From: an uncultured Planctomycetota bacterium
GTDB taxonomy: Bacteria; Planctomycetota; Planctomycetia; Isosphaerales; Isosphaeraceae
Length of the DNA: 64,000 bases
Direction of reading: 5' to 3'
Assembly: GCA_963823665.1 (NCBI GenBank)
Contig: CAWGMQ010000005.1
Span: 1 to 64,000 of the forward strand
Positions within the stretch are counted from its first letter, which is position 1, and each line of letters starts with the position of its first letter. Shown here in pieces: positions 55,401 to 64,000 of the stretch. The translations under genes were made by a program, and so were the position numbers. Under the pieces are notes generated by a model. It made no database searches, was not told the origin of the DNA, and was given only the letters and a program-made list of their open reading frames with translations.

Positions 55401-55515
55401 TGGTCTACTCGAGACGCTGAACTCTGCGGAGATTCGCGACTTGATCGCGTATCTCGCGCACCCGACGCAGGTGCCGCTGCCGCGGCTGCAGGAGGGTGCG
55501 GTGGCGCCCGATTGA
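52420..55515 (+). CDS. PVC-type membrane-bound dehydrogenase-like / heme-binding CxxCH protein
   Basis: Signal peptide, FAAEPDVRNPIAMAWDGRGRLW propeller, HEAT-like middle, CATCH and IGPDLT..SLMPDGL cytochrome c domain. Confidence 0.92.
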   Translation: MKRPNPSWLILIVLVVMRAQQKTAAADDFPLPRNTEAAAGAPMSARDAAAGFRVPKGFHVSVFAAEPDVRNPIAMAWDGRGRLWIAENYTYAERAQRFDLRQRDRVLIFEDADADGRFDRRTVFTDDVQMLASVELGLGGVWLLCPPRLLFVPDRNRDDRPDGPAEVVLDGFSVPAENYHTFANGLKWGPDGWLYGRCGASSAGQIGPPGTPEDLRVPIRGGLWRYHPHHKRFEALAHGTTNPWGHDWNALGELFFINTVNGHLWHMVPGAHFVRPHTVDPNPRAYAQIDQHADHWHWDHSKELILGAPGAGDSERGGGHAHSGVSIYLGDQWPAAYRGRLLTLNFHGRRVNVERLERSGSGYVGRHEPDMLLAEDRWFRGIDLSYGPDGGVFILDWSDTGDCHDHDGVHRDSGRIYKVTFGDPARKAAVDVSKLAESELAALHRHSNEWFVRQARRELAARSARGEALVDARAGLAELLRSGADPVLKLRALWSLYVIGDVDRDVLFTLLDHEHESIRAWAIRLLTDRFPIDSIFSRRIGADVETPADLLAKLTRMARDDGSGLVRLVLASTMQRLPVKRRGDLARALLSHAEDNSDHNLPPLIWTGLIPMADSDADAGELASLASDCRQSAVVRLIARRLGEEIDSRPAPLDALLEATANRPREFRSEVVGGLVDALAGIRKAKKPAGWDGFQARLDTKGDSRLAERVRELNVLFGDGRALSEVKRLALDKHADLETRRTALRTLIDNRPGDLRAICERLVAERYLNVVAVRGLALFDDPEIGKSLARNYRAFHPSDRPVALEVLVSRPSFARALLEQIATGRIPRSDLTAFHARQIQSLGDNALSALLGSVWGEIRNSESARRVRINQLKQALDQRALGQADLGRGRAVYERVCATCHKLHGGGGEIGPDLTGSGRDNLDYLLENIVDPGATVSADFRMVVAAMRDGRVLNGLVRAQTPRTVTLQTQSEALILERSEIEALRPSSASLMPDGLLETLNSAEIRDLIAYLAHPTQVPLPRLQEGAVAPD

Positions 55516-55516
55516 T

Positions 55517-56641
55517 TCAGCAGTCCTCGACGGCCGTCAGGGTCTTTTCCCGTCCGACCGTCCGAGCTTCTCCGCACCTCATAACAAATCCATCGAGATA
55601 TTTAGCGACTTCTGGACGAGTGCCGCCGAAGACCGATTGCTCGAGCCTCCTGATCTGCTTCTCCATCCACGCCCAGTGTTGCGAAGGGATGGCATCGATG
55701 TGCAGCGGTTTTCCAAGGAGGCGAATCCTGTTTGTCATCGGGTTGTCGACCTCGCGGGTGACGGCCCTGAGCATCGCCGGGTCGCCGCCGAGATGAAAGA
55801 AGTAGGGCAGCATCAGCAGATTGTGGCTGGCTCCTTTGAAGGCCGTGCGTCCGGCGACGAGATCGGTATACTGCCAGATCACGCCGGTAGGGTGCACGAG
55901 CTGGGTTTCAAATTCACGGGATAGCTTGCACCGGCGCGACTGCATCTGCACGTGAAGCATCGTATCGAAGTCGACCAACCTGCCATCAACCATTTTCAGC
56001 TTGTTGAACAAATCGAAAGGACGGAATCGCTCTCGGAGATATGCCGCATCGACCGTCAACTCGCACGTTTTCAAGAGTTTCATATCCGAGGTGACGCCAT
56101 TTCCGCCGTACGCCGAGATGCCGCAGAACTCCGCATGCTCATTGAGCCAGTTTTCATAGAGCGAGTCGAAGAGCAGCGGGTGGATCGGCAGGGCGTCGAG
56201 ATCGTGAATGATCACGGCGCGTGTGATTGAGTGGGCGATCGCGACGCTCCAGGACAGCCAGCTATAGACCCAGCCCCAGTTGATCCGGTGTGCCACGAGG
56301 TCCTGCCAGGGGTTGTAGCCGAGAACGCGGATGCTGATTGACTCGGAGCATTCGCGAGCGGCCTCCCTGATTGCTTGCGGGATACGTTCGTCGGGGCGGT
56401 CAATTACCAGGATGAGCTCGCGCATCCGCGCAGCCGACTGCCGGGCGGCCAGACGGAGATTGGCGACGGCCAGCGGGGCGAGCGCTCCCATGGCGGCGAT
56501 GACGACGGTATATCCCGGTTCCGGGTCCGTAAGGGGCTTCCATGAGACAAGGTTGCGGAGCAGCAGATGCATCGGCAACCGCTTGTATTCTTTTCTTTTG
56601 AGACGAATCAAGGTGGAGACACGGTCGTGCGCTCGAAGCAT
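55517..56641 (-). CDS. Hypothetical protein, possibly GT-A-fold glycosyltransferase-like
   Basis: GYTVVIA N-terminal strand and IIHDLDA (DxD) motif; overlaps the upstream gene. Confidence 0.65.
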   Translation of the reverse strand: MLRAHDRVSTLIRLKRKEYKRLPMHLLLRNLVSWKPLTDPEPGYTVVIAAMGALAPLAVANLRLAARQSAARMRELILVIDRPDERIPQAIREAARECSESISIRVLGYNPWQDLVAHRINWGWVYSWLSWSVAIAHSITRAVIIHDLDALPIHPLLFDSLYENWLNEHAEFCGISAYGGNGVTSDMKLLKTCELTVDAAYLRERFRPFDLFNKLKMVDGRLVDFDTMLHVQMQSRRCKLSREFETQLVHPTGVIWQYTDLVAGRTAFKGASHNLLMLPYFFHLGGDPAMLRAVTREVDNPMTNRIRLLGKPLHIDAIPSQHWAWMEKQIRRLEQSVFGGTRPEVAKYLDGFVMRCGEARTVGREKTLTAVEDC

Positions 56642-58008
56642 GGATTTCCTCGCCGGCTAATTACGAACAAGTGAATCGCATCCAAGCCCCAGATCTCGAA
56701 CATCACTTGCAATCCCAGGAGAGGCAAAGCATAGCGCCTGTAATACGCCACCAGCACATAAGGCGTGAGGTAAGTTACGAACACGACGAGGGCAATGCGG
56801 GGGAGAGGATCGCGCAGCCACCGGCCCGAGAGGACCATCGCCAGGAGCCCGAGAAACGGCAGCGTGTAAAGCAGTGAGCGGACCAGGACGCGGCCTCGGC
56901 CTTCGCCGACGACGAATGAGTAATAGACGCACGTCGCCGCCAGCAGCCGGTTCTTGACCCGAATGAGATACGCCACGGGGTCTCTGCGGATCGCTTCGGC
57001 CGCTCTGGTCCGGTACTCATCGAGGTAGGCCATCTCTCCGAGCTTGGCGTAGCGAGACCGTTCCGTCCCGGCGGTTTGAAAAGGGTGCGTGTGCCACGTT
57101 TCGTCACGGAGCACTCCGGTGGGCTCGAGGGTATTTGACTGATAGAATTCGAACGGCAGGTTGGACTTCACCGGGATGAAACGCCCAAAGACGATGGCGT
57201 TGCGGACAATCCAGGGAGTCATGACGGTGCCGGCGACGAGAATCGAAGCGAACACGGGTCGAATCTGTCGCGATGATCGGCCGAGCAGAACGGAGAGTGC
57301 GAGCCAGGGCAGGCCGAGCGCGGGGCTGGCCGAGGCCGCAATCCCTCCGAGCAATCCCCAGCCGACTGAACTGCGCCAGCCGATCGGACGGGCCCAGAGA
57401 CGATCGGCAACGTAGACCAGCATCCCCACCAGCAACATGACAAGCCAGGCGTCGTGGGTGAACTGATAGCAGCTCGAGAAGTACGACCATGTTGTTGCGA
57501 AGTAGAGGATGCACGCGACGGCAGGCGCGCGCGGCGAACGGCACCGCGCCGCGGCGCGCATCACGAGCCATCCTGTGAAAACCAGGGCCAAGTTCTGCAG
57601 GAAGGCGACCATGATGACGGTGAGCTTGATTCCGCCTAGCGCCAGGAGGAATGCCTGAAGCGAGGGAAGAACCGGCGCCATCCATGCCGTCGGCCCGGTG
57701 CGATCGTGAAAAGGATCGGCAAACCCACGGCCGGCGACCAGTGCTTCTGCAATCGAGCGGTGCTCGCCGCCCAGATGGTCGAGTAGGCTCAGGTCCTGGC
57801 CATTAAATGGAGGTACATATCTGTAAAGGCGATTCAAACCCAGAGCGTGGGGAAGGCTTGCGTAGAGCGATGTGCCAAAAACAGCGACCGCGAGGAGGAC
57901 GGTCAAGCGCGTGAGCAGGCGTTGCGTGCTCGACCAAGACGGGACACTTGAATGAGGGGCATCGGTTCTGAGCATCGCACAGAGCCTTTCGGTCCTGTCT
58001 TGTTCCAC
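56608..58008 (-). CDS. Polytopic membrane protein, ArnT/PMT-like (GT-C) glycosyltransferase
   Basis: IAEALVAGRGFADPF..GPTAWMAP, many TM helices, PWIVRNAIVFGRFIPVKSN; start may be 57975. Confidence 0.75.
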   Translation of the reverse strand: MEQDRTERLCAMLRTDAPHSSVPSWSSTQRLLTRLTVLLAVAVFGTSLYASLPHALGLNRLYRYVPPFNGQDLSLLDHLGGEHRSIAEALVAGRGFADPFHDRTGPTAWMAPVLPSLQAFLLALGGIKLTVIMVAFLQNLALVFTGWLVMRAAARCRSPRAPAVACILYFATTWSYFSSCYQFTHDAWLVMLLVGMLVYVADRLWARPIGWRSSVGWGLLGGIAASASPALGLPWLALSVLLGRSSRQIRPVFASILVAGTVMTPWIVRNAIVFGRFIPVKSNLPFEFYQSNTLEPTGVLRDETWHTHPFQTAGTERSRYAKLGEMAYLDEYRTRAAEAIRRDPVAYLIRVKNRLLAATCVYYSFVVGEGRGRVLVRSLLYTLPFLGLLAMVLSGRWLRDPLPRIALVVFVTYLTPYVLVAYYRRYALPLLGLQVMFEIWGLDAIHLFVISRRGNPCFERTTVSPP

Positions 58009-58449
58009 CTCCTTGGATTAGCGTGTGGCCAGATTGATCCCGCAGATTCGCCGGCGGATCTCCGAGGGATACCGATGAATCCATCCGAGACCCCGAGGTG
58101 CGGCGGCTGAGCCCGCAATGAGCAACCCGGAGGCGCATCCGGTCGACGTGAGCGCTCGATCGCATGCTGAACCCCTGGTATCGTCACCGGCAGTTTGCGA
58201 GAGTCTATTATGACAGCCTAATTTAACGAGTACAAGATTCTTGCGCGGGCATGTTGTGTGAAGTCAACGTAGATGACCCAAGGTGGCCGCCATTCCTGGC
58301 AGAACGGTGCGGTCCACCGCCAGGTTCGGCATCGAATTCCGGCGGCGTCATCCCGTAAATGGCACGACCCTTTTTCCACCGGCGAACGCGCGATCTCGCT
58401 CGCTGAGCAGCCGCTTTTTCTGTCCCGCAGGATCTCGACGCATTCCACT

Positions 58450-60051
58450 TTACAGCTCCCAGCCCGGGCGGTAGTCGCGGGTGAGAAGTTTGTTCGCCTC
58501 TGAGATATTCGTGATCTTCACGCTCGAGGAATCAAACAGGAGTCTGCGGCCGCCGAGCCGCAGTGAGATACCGGCCAGGTTGACGGCGTCGGATATCGGA
58601 CCGGCGAGCTGGAAATCGCCAAAGCTCGCTGGGCCTCCCTTGAAGGCGGTGATCCATGCGGCGTTGCGACCCGCGGGGTTGCCGCCCTGGCGAGCCCCGC
58701 GCTGGCGTGGAGCCGGCTCGGGCAAGTTATGCATCTTTCGATAGGCGCGCATGTTCGATTCGGGAATGAGCTGCGGGTTTTCGCTGCGGAAGCCGCCCAG
58801 GATTTTCCCCTTGTCGCCGACGAACATCATGCCCTCTTCGGCGAGTTCCTGGTTCACCGCCATGAGCTCTTCGGGCACGGGCGGTTTGATGCCGCCGTCG
58901 TACCAGAAGATGTCCAGGGCGGGGCGATCGCCGTTGGGTGCGAAGCGCATGCGAACCGTGCAGGCGGCGGGAAACGAGTAGTCGTTCTTGATGCGGTCGC
59001 AGATACCGTCAGAAACCGTGCAGATGTGGCTGGGAGTTGATTCGACGCTCATTGGAGAATCCAGGTCAAGAAGCTGAAAGATCGGCCAGAGGCTGTAATG
59101 ACCCATGTCGGCGAGCGAGCCGCCGCCGAACTCAAACCAGCCGCGAAAATTGGTGTGGGTGTAATTCGGGTGATAGGGGCGGTCTAGCGACGGCCCGAGC
59201 CAGAGAGTCCAGTCGAATCCTGCGGGGACGGGAGGCGCGTCGGCGGGCAAGGTCGGGAACTGGGGCCACATCGGGCGCATCGACCAGTTGTGGATCTCGC
59301 GAAGCGTTCCGATGGCGCCGTTCTTCACCATCTCGAGCGCCTGTTTCTGACCGGCGCCTTCACTGGCCGGCAGGAAATGGGTGGCGATTTTTTTTGCGCG
59401 GGCGGCCTCGATGACTTTTCTTGCCTCGAGCAGACGATTCGCGAGAGGTTTGTGGACGATCACATTCTTTCCCTTGTTGAGGGCGGCGATCGAAATGGTG
59501 GCGTGGGTGTGGTCGGGGGTCATGACTTTGACCGCCGTGACATCCTTCTCTTTATCGAGGAGCTCGCGAAAGTCGGCGTATGTGGCACAACTTTTATAGT
59601 GATCTTTGCCGCGCTCTTTGGCGTAGTAGGTCTCGACGATCTCCTTGCCGACGTCACGGCCGCCGGGGGTGCGGCTCGTTCCTTCGCGCCAGGATGGGTT
59701 ACCGATCAAACGCCGGATTCCGTTGCGGATGTCGTTCTTGGCCCATTCGAGGTAATTGACGCCGTCTTTCTCGACGTCGCACACGGCGACGATCTGGACG
59801 TCGGGGCTGGCGAGGATTCCGCCGACTTCACGGATGGCCTGAGTTCCGAAGCCGATGCAGGCGAGGGTGATCTTCTCGCTGGGCGGGATGAATCCGGCGC
59901 CGCCCAGGACGTGGCGGGGGACGATGGTGAACGTGGCGGCCGCTGCAGCCGCGCCGCCGGCGAGCATCAACTGGCGGCGGGAGAGGCTGGGGGAAGAAGT
60001 GGGATTGGTGGTGATTTCTGTGTTGGTGGACACGGAATCTTTGGTGTTCAT
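58450..60051 (-). CDS. Gfo/Idh/MocA-family oxidoreductase with Tat-like signal
   Basis: SRRQLM, IGFGTQ, VAVCDV, TPDHTHA, VHKPL, LADMGHY. Confidence 0.93.
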   Translation of the reverse strand: MNTKDSVSTNTEITTNPTSSPSLSRRQLMLAGGAAAAAATFTIVPRHVLGGAGFIPPSEKITLACIGFGTQAIREVGGILASPDVQIVAVCDVEKDGVNYLEWAKNDIRNGIRRLIGNPSWREGTSRTPGGRDVGKEIVETYYAKERGKDHYKSCATYADFRELLDKEKDVTAVKVMTPDHTHATISIAALNKGKNVIVHKPLANRLLEARKVIEAARAKKIATHFLPASEGAGQKQALEMVKNGAIGTLREIHNWSMRPMWPQFPTLPADAPPVPAGFDWTLWLGPSLDRPYHPNYTHTNFRGWFEFGGGSLADMGHYSLWPIFQLLDLDSPMSVESTPSHICTVSDGICDRIKNDYSFPAACTVRMRFAPNGDRPALDIFWYDGGIKPPVPEELMAVNQELAEEGMMFVGDKGKILGGFRSENPQLIPESNMRAYRKMHNLPEPAPRQRGARQGGNPAGRNAAWITAFKGGPASFGDFQLAGPISDAVNLAGISLRLGGRRLLFDSSSVKITNISEANKLLTRDYRPGWEL

Positions 60052-60281
60052 GGGGAAGACCTCGGACTTTTCGTGGGGAGGTGGTGTGGCAAGAGTGTGT
60101 CCGGGCGCGGTTCCGGTTCTTTCTCGATGCTGTTGTCGAGATATCTGGCTATGCTCATTTCCAGCCGGTCCTGGAGCTGGCGCTCACGGCGAGACGCCCG
60201 CTCCTGTTGCACGACCAAGGCAATGCACAGGGCCGCGATCACGATCAAGAGCATGAGGGTGCTCAACCGCAGTCGTTTCAT
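60048..60281 (-). CDS. Small membrane-anchored hypothetical protein
   Basis: MKRLRLSTLMLLIVIAALCIAL, a common planctomycete N-terminus; sits between co-oriented genes. Confidence 0.6.
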   Translation of the reverse strand: MKRLRLSTLMLLIVIAALCIALVVQQERASRRERQLQDRLEMSIARYLDNSIEKEPEPRPDTLLPHHLPTKSPRSSP

Positions 60282-60285
60282 GGCA

Positions 60286-61796
60286 TCACCCCGATTGGTT
60301 CTCGGCGGCAACTGCGGAGACCTCCTGGTTCCAGTACGATGGCAAGGCGTCATACGGGTTGGCGCCTGTCAGGTCGGTGATGTAAATCGAGCCGACGTCG
60401 AGCTGTACCGCCATGCTCAAGTCGGCCAGCATCACTGAGCTTTGGTTGGGATCGCCGGTATTCGCCGCGGCATCATAGATCGTGTTCCAGAACCGATTGC
60501 TCGGGGAGCTCTCGTACCAGGTCTGGCCCGTGGGATACGCGGCGTACGCTCCACTGGTGCCCTCGAACAAGTTGAAGACATCCGCCGTCCCCAGATAATC
60601 CTGTGGCGATACGCCGTTCAAGTAAGGCTGACCGGGGTTGGCAAGCACGGTGTACGATGGGCTCAAACCCTTGATGTAACTATGAAGAGCCACGTAATAG
60701 GAAATCGTGCTCGGAGTAATCAGCGTACCATCGAGAAGGAAACCGCTCAACAAGCTTCCATATTGCGAGATATACGTGGAAATCTCGCCTTCGACCGTGT
60801 TCAAGGGGGCAGTACCGTCGGCATTTCCGTTCTCCGTGTAAACATAAGCGACGACCTTGCCGCCGGCGGCCTCGAGCTGCGTGAAGGCGGCGGTGTAGGC
60901 GGAGTTTGCGGGGCCAGCAGCCGGGCCGCTGTTCGGGTTGAAGATCGCCGTGATCGGGACCTTCGCGGCCGCGACGGCCATCGCGGCCCAGCCGTCACCC
61001 ACACCGCCAGGACCTCCCGTGCCCGGGGCGAAATACGATGGGACGATGATGCCCACCGAACTTTCCCTGGCGCCTGCGCCGTGACGTTGATGAAAACCGC
61101 CTCTGTCACGGCGGGATAGTCGGCCGTGTCGGCCGGGGTGAAGATCACCGAGAGCTTCTGACCGTTTCCCGCGGCAAGCACGGTGCCCTGCCCCGGGTTA
61201 TAGCTGAAGGTGCCGGGCACGGTGGCCGTCGCATCCAACTGGGCAGGTCCCAGCGCCGTGCCCACCGTGATACTCGCCGGGTCGGACCACGTTACCGCCG
61301 GTGGCGGCACGAGACCATTCGACGCTGTGAACCGCTGCCGGACCTGCTGGCGAGCGTTGCCTGCAGCGAGCAGCCCCTGCCAGTATGCGACGCCGACGGA
61401 AGTTTGCGACCGTCCGGCGATCGTCACGTAAAGCGCCGTCACGAACGTCTGGCCCGTGATGTCCTTGCCCTTCTTCGAAGTGACGGCCTTGAAATCGGCC
61501 GTGAGCGTCTTGTGGCTCGTGCCCATTGCCAGTTGCTCGAGCAGGTAGCTCGACTCCTGCGCATCCGGAGGGCGGTGGAAATAGGTCTTGTACAGAGAAT
61601 TGACGAACTTGAGCTGCTTGTTGACCCTCGCTGCCTCTGGCAAATGCGACTGGATCTCGCCGCCTTTTGGCTCGGGCCGAACCCAGTCCATGACCGGGGC
61701 AGCGACACCCTTCAGGGAAAGCAACACGCGGTGCTCGAGCCCGATCACAGACAGTGCGAATCGACGTGTCGTGCGGCGATCAAGAGATTGCAACAT
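60286..61796 (-). CDS. Secreted spherulin-4 (GH135-like) protein with LEPRxLL-type N-terminus, DUF4214-like helical region and Ig-like domain; one apparent frameshift at ~61062
   Basis: LEHRVLLS N-terminus (ORF 60801-61796). IIVPSY..AIFNPNSGP..VVAYV..ANPG..YITD..NPYDALPSYW (ORF 60286-61056). Confidence 0.8.
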
Positions 61797-62031
61797 GGTA
61801 GCCTCACTTACTTTCGATGATGATCGCGCCGTGCCACTGGACGGCGGGAGACTTCATGCTATCATGGGGCCATTATACTCGGGTGCAGAATCGGATGCTC
61901 CCGAGTGAATGGCCGAGGTGCTCGTCCGGAGGCCCGGTGCCTCCGCAGGCGATCGAGCGCCCTGGCTCGTTGGCGGCGTGGTTGCATCCTGGCCAGGGAA
62001 GGCTGTCTCATCTTTGCGGAGAATCCCGTCG

Positions 62032-63671
62032 ATGATTTTGACATTCCTGGCCTTGGCGGCGCTGTTGCAGACACCGAAGGACGACGACGCACCGAAATGG
62101 GAAACTTATACATCGGCGGCCGGGTTCTCGGTGGCCGTGCCGGGGGTTCCGGTCGAGCAGAAGAAGAAAGTTGGTGCTTCGAACGAGAGCGTCACACTGA
62201 TTTCGAAGGGGGGCGACTCGGTCTATATGGTGATCAGGATCGACAACGAAAAACCGGTCCCCAAGGCGATGGAGAGCCAGTTCTTCAAGGAAGTGCGGCA
62301 GGGGTTGGATACTACCGCAAAAGTATCAAGCGAGAAGAAGATTGCGCACGCCGGCCGTGCCGGCGGCGAGTACGTCTACGAGATTAAAGGGCAAGGCGGC
62401 GAGACCCTGGTGGTGAACTCTCGATACATCCTGATGAGTCCGGAAGTCACGTACAACATGCAGATCATCCGGGCCAAGGACAAGCCCGCCGCGGGCGCCA
62501 AGGAGATGGCAGCTTTCTTCGATTCGCTCAAGATCGTCGACCTGGCAACCGCGGCCAAGATGGCCAACTCGAAACTGGCGTTCAAGGCATTCGCGCCCAA
62601 GGGTATGGGCTTCTCGATTCTGATGCCCGGCAAGCCCGAAGAGACGACCAAAGAGAACAAGACGGAAAAAGGCTCATTCAACCTCCGCACGTATGAATGC
62701 GCGGCGCTGCCGGTTCGTATTCCGTTTCGGTGCTGGAGTACGGCCCGGAGGTGGGCAACGCGGCCGCCGCAACCAAGACCGAGATGCTGCTGCGAATGTG
62801 CGACGCCCTGGTGACCCAGGACAAAGGTGAGACCGCCCAGCAGCAATCGACTGAGTTCCAGGGCTTCCCGGCGCGGATGATCCGTTGGAAATTCTCGGTT
62901 CCGGGCGTGAACGCGGTGCGCGTGGCCGAATGCCGGGCCGTGATGGCGGGCGCCAAGGTGTTCCTCGTCATGGTCAAGTGTCCGCAAGATCTGGTTGACC
63001 CGGCGGACCCTGACAAGTTCTTCGAGTCGTTCAAGCTGACAGACGCCAAGGCCACGGCAGTTGCGTCGGCTGATCCGGCACCAGCGGCTGCGGCTAATCG
63101 AGGCCGGCCGGCGACCGCGCCCAGGCTGGCCGGCCGCATGCCGGCCAAGGGTGCCGCGGCAAATCGTGCGGGCCGTGTGGCCGCAGCCCCTCGGCCTCCT
63201 CGGCCGGAACGGATCTCGTGGAAGCGCTATAACTCGGCCGCCGGAGGCTTCAACATCAACATGCCGGGCGAGCCGACGCCCAGCCACGAGGACGACGGCC
63301 TGCTTGGCTCGAAGGGGGTGGAGATTCTCACCGCGGAGCACGAGGAGAGCCGGTTCATCGTGCAGTATCAGGATCTCAGCCGCACGGCACAGAAGAAGGG
63401 ATCCTCGGGGGTCCTCAAGGCGGCCCGCGCCAGTGACGAGAAGGTGATCAGCGGCAAGGTGGTGGGCGAAAAAGAGGCGATGCTCAAGGGAGCGGTGGGT
63501 TGGTCCTACCAGATCGAATCGCCTGAGCCGGACGGCCCCATGGCGCGGATACGGTCCTATGTGGTCGGGACCCGGCTTTATCAGATCATCGTCGTTGCGC
63601 CCAAGACCAAGTTCCCGACCGACGACAGCGAGCGGTTCCTCAGCTCCTTCAAACTTCAGGCTCGCAACTGA
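62032..63671 (+). CDS. Secreted hypothetical protein with three PsbP/Mog1p-like repeats; one apparent frameshift at ~62700
   Basis: Three units W/F..(Y/F)....GF(S/N)(V/I).(V/M)PG.P ... FF(L).S(L/F)K spread over ORFs 61909-62814 and 62697-63671. Confidence 0.75.
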
Positions 63672-63687
63672 CAACCGAGCAGGCACG

Positions 63688-64000
63688 ATGATGACTTTCA
63701 CACGCTCTATCGGCTGGGCCGGCTTCTTCGCCGGCCTTGCTCTTTCGTGGGGCTCTGCGGCGCGGGCCCAGGACAGAACTCCTTTCCCCGCGCTCTCCGA
63801 CAAGCACGTGTATGTTTCCGGAGTGCCCGATCGCTATCGGGCGCTCGAATCACAAATCAACCAGCTCGAGCGATCCTCGCCCCAGACGTACTACGTCGCC
63901 GTGGTCAAGAAAGCCGGCTCCGGACCGAAAGCCGCGACGCACTACGCCGAAGAGCTGTTCGATCTCTGGCGCAGCCAGGCTGCCAAGAGCGGGCGAGATT
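63688..64000 (+). CDS. Partial secreted protein (possibly TPM-like domain), runs off window
   Basis: MMTFTRSIGWAGFFAGLALSWGSAARA signal peptide; open frame to the window end; YAEELFDLW. Confidence 0.65.
   Translation, partial: MMTFTRSIGWAGFFAGLALSWGSAARAQDRTPFPALSDKHVYVSGVPDRYRALESQINQLERSSPQTYYVAVVKKAGSGPKAATHYAEELFDLWRSQAAKSGRD

Noticed and set aside
5680..62710. Programmed frameshifting or phase variation at the six frameshifts (~5683, ~5830, ~22287, ~40288, ~61062, ~62700)
   Set aside because: They fall in 2-3-nt homopolymers or short GC runs with no long SSR or slippery heptamer, and affect unrelated genes. Sequencing or assembly indels are more parsimonious; reads are needed to be sure.

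Overview
GC-rich bacterial DNA, very probably Planctomycetota (Isosphaeraceae-like). The signs are LEPRxLL-type N-termini, a DUF1559 prepilin-like gene, ECF sigma/Ser-Thr kinase pairs and a PVC-type CxxCH protein. The window has four parts. (1) 1-10250 is an accessory patchwork of defence/TA-type genes and gene fragments: a type III R-M Res fragment, HEPN x2, an HEAGH peptidase, an SDH/Clp protease, an Xre/MbcA antitoxin with a deleted RES toxin, and a secreted ParB/Srx-like protein. These are punctuated by co-oriented copies of a ~155-bp element with imperfect terminal inverted repeats and stuttered ends. Two different group II intron remnants sit in the termini of this element, and their EBS sequences are complementary to it. 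A remnant of a REP-associated (Y1) transposase is also present. (2) 10289-14110 holds DUF1559, a Ser/Thr kinase and an ECF sigma on the minus strand. (3) 14714-49029 is one ~34.3-kb gene (~11,400 codons), split here by two small frameshifts. It encodes a giant secreted adhesin-like protein with beta-helix, 14 nested small beta-domain repeats, PA14, beta-propeller, PKD/Ig, a cohesin-like domain, 639-bp tandem repeats and a C-terminal dockerin. (4) 49100-64000 carries mostly ordinary planctomycete genes: ECF sigma with a kinase stub, S41 protease, CxxCH protein, two putative glycosyl-modifying proteins, a Gfo/Idh/MocA oxidoreductase, a spherulin-4 protein and a PsbP-like repeat protein. Six small frameshifts in otherwise intact genes look like sequencing/assembly indels. 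All family calls come from motif recognition by eye; no database search was run.
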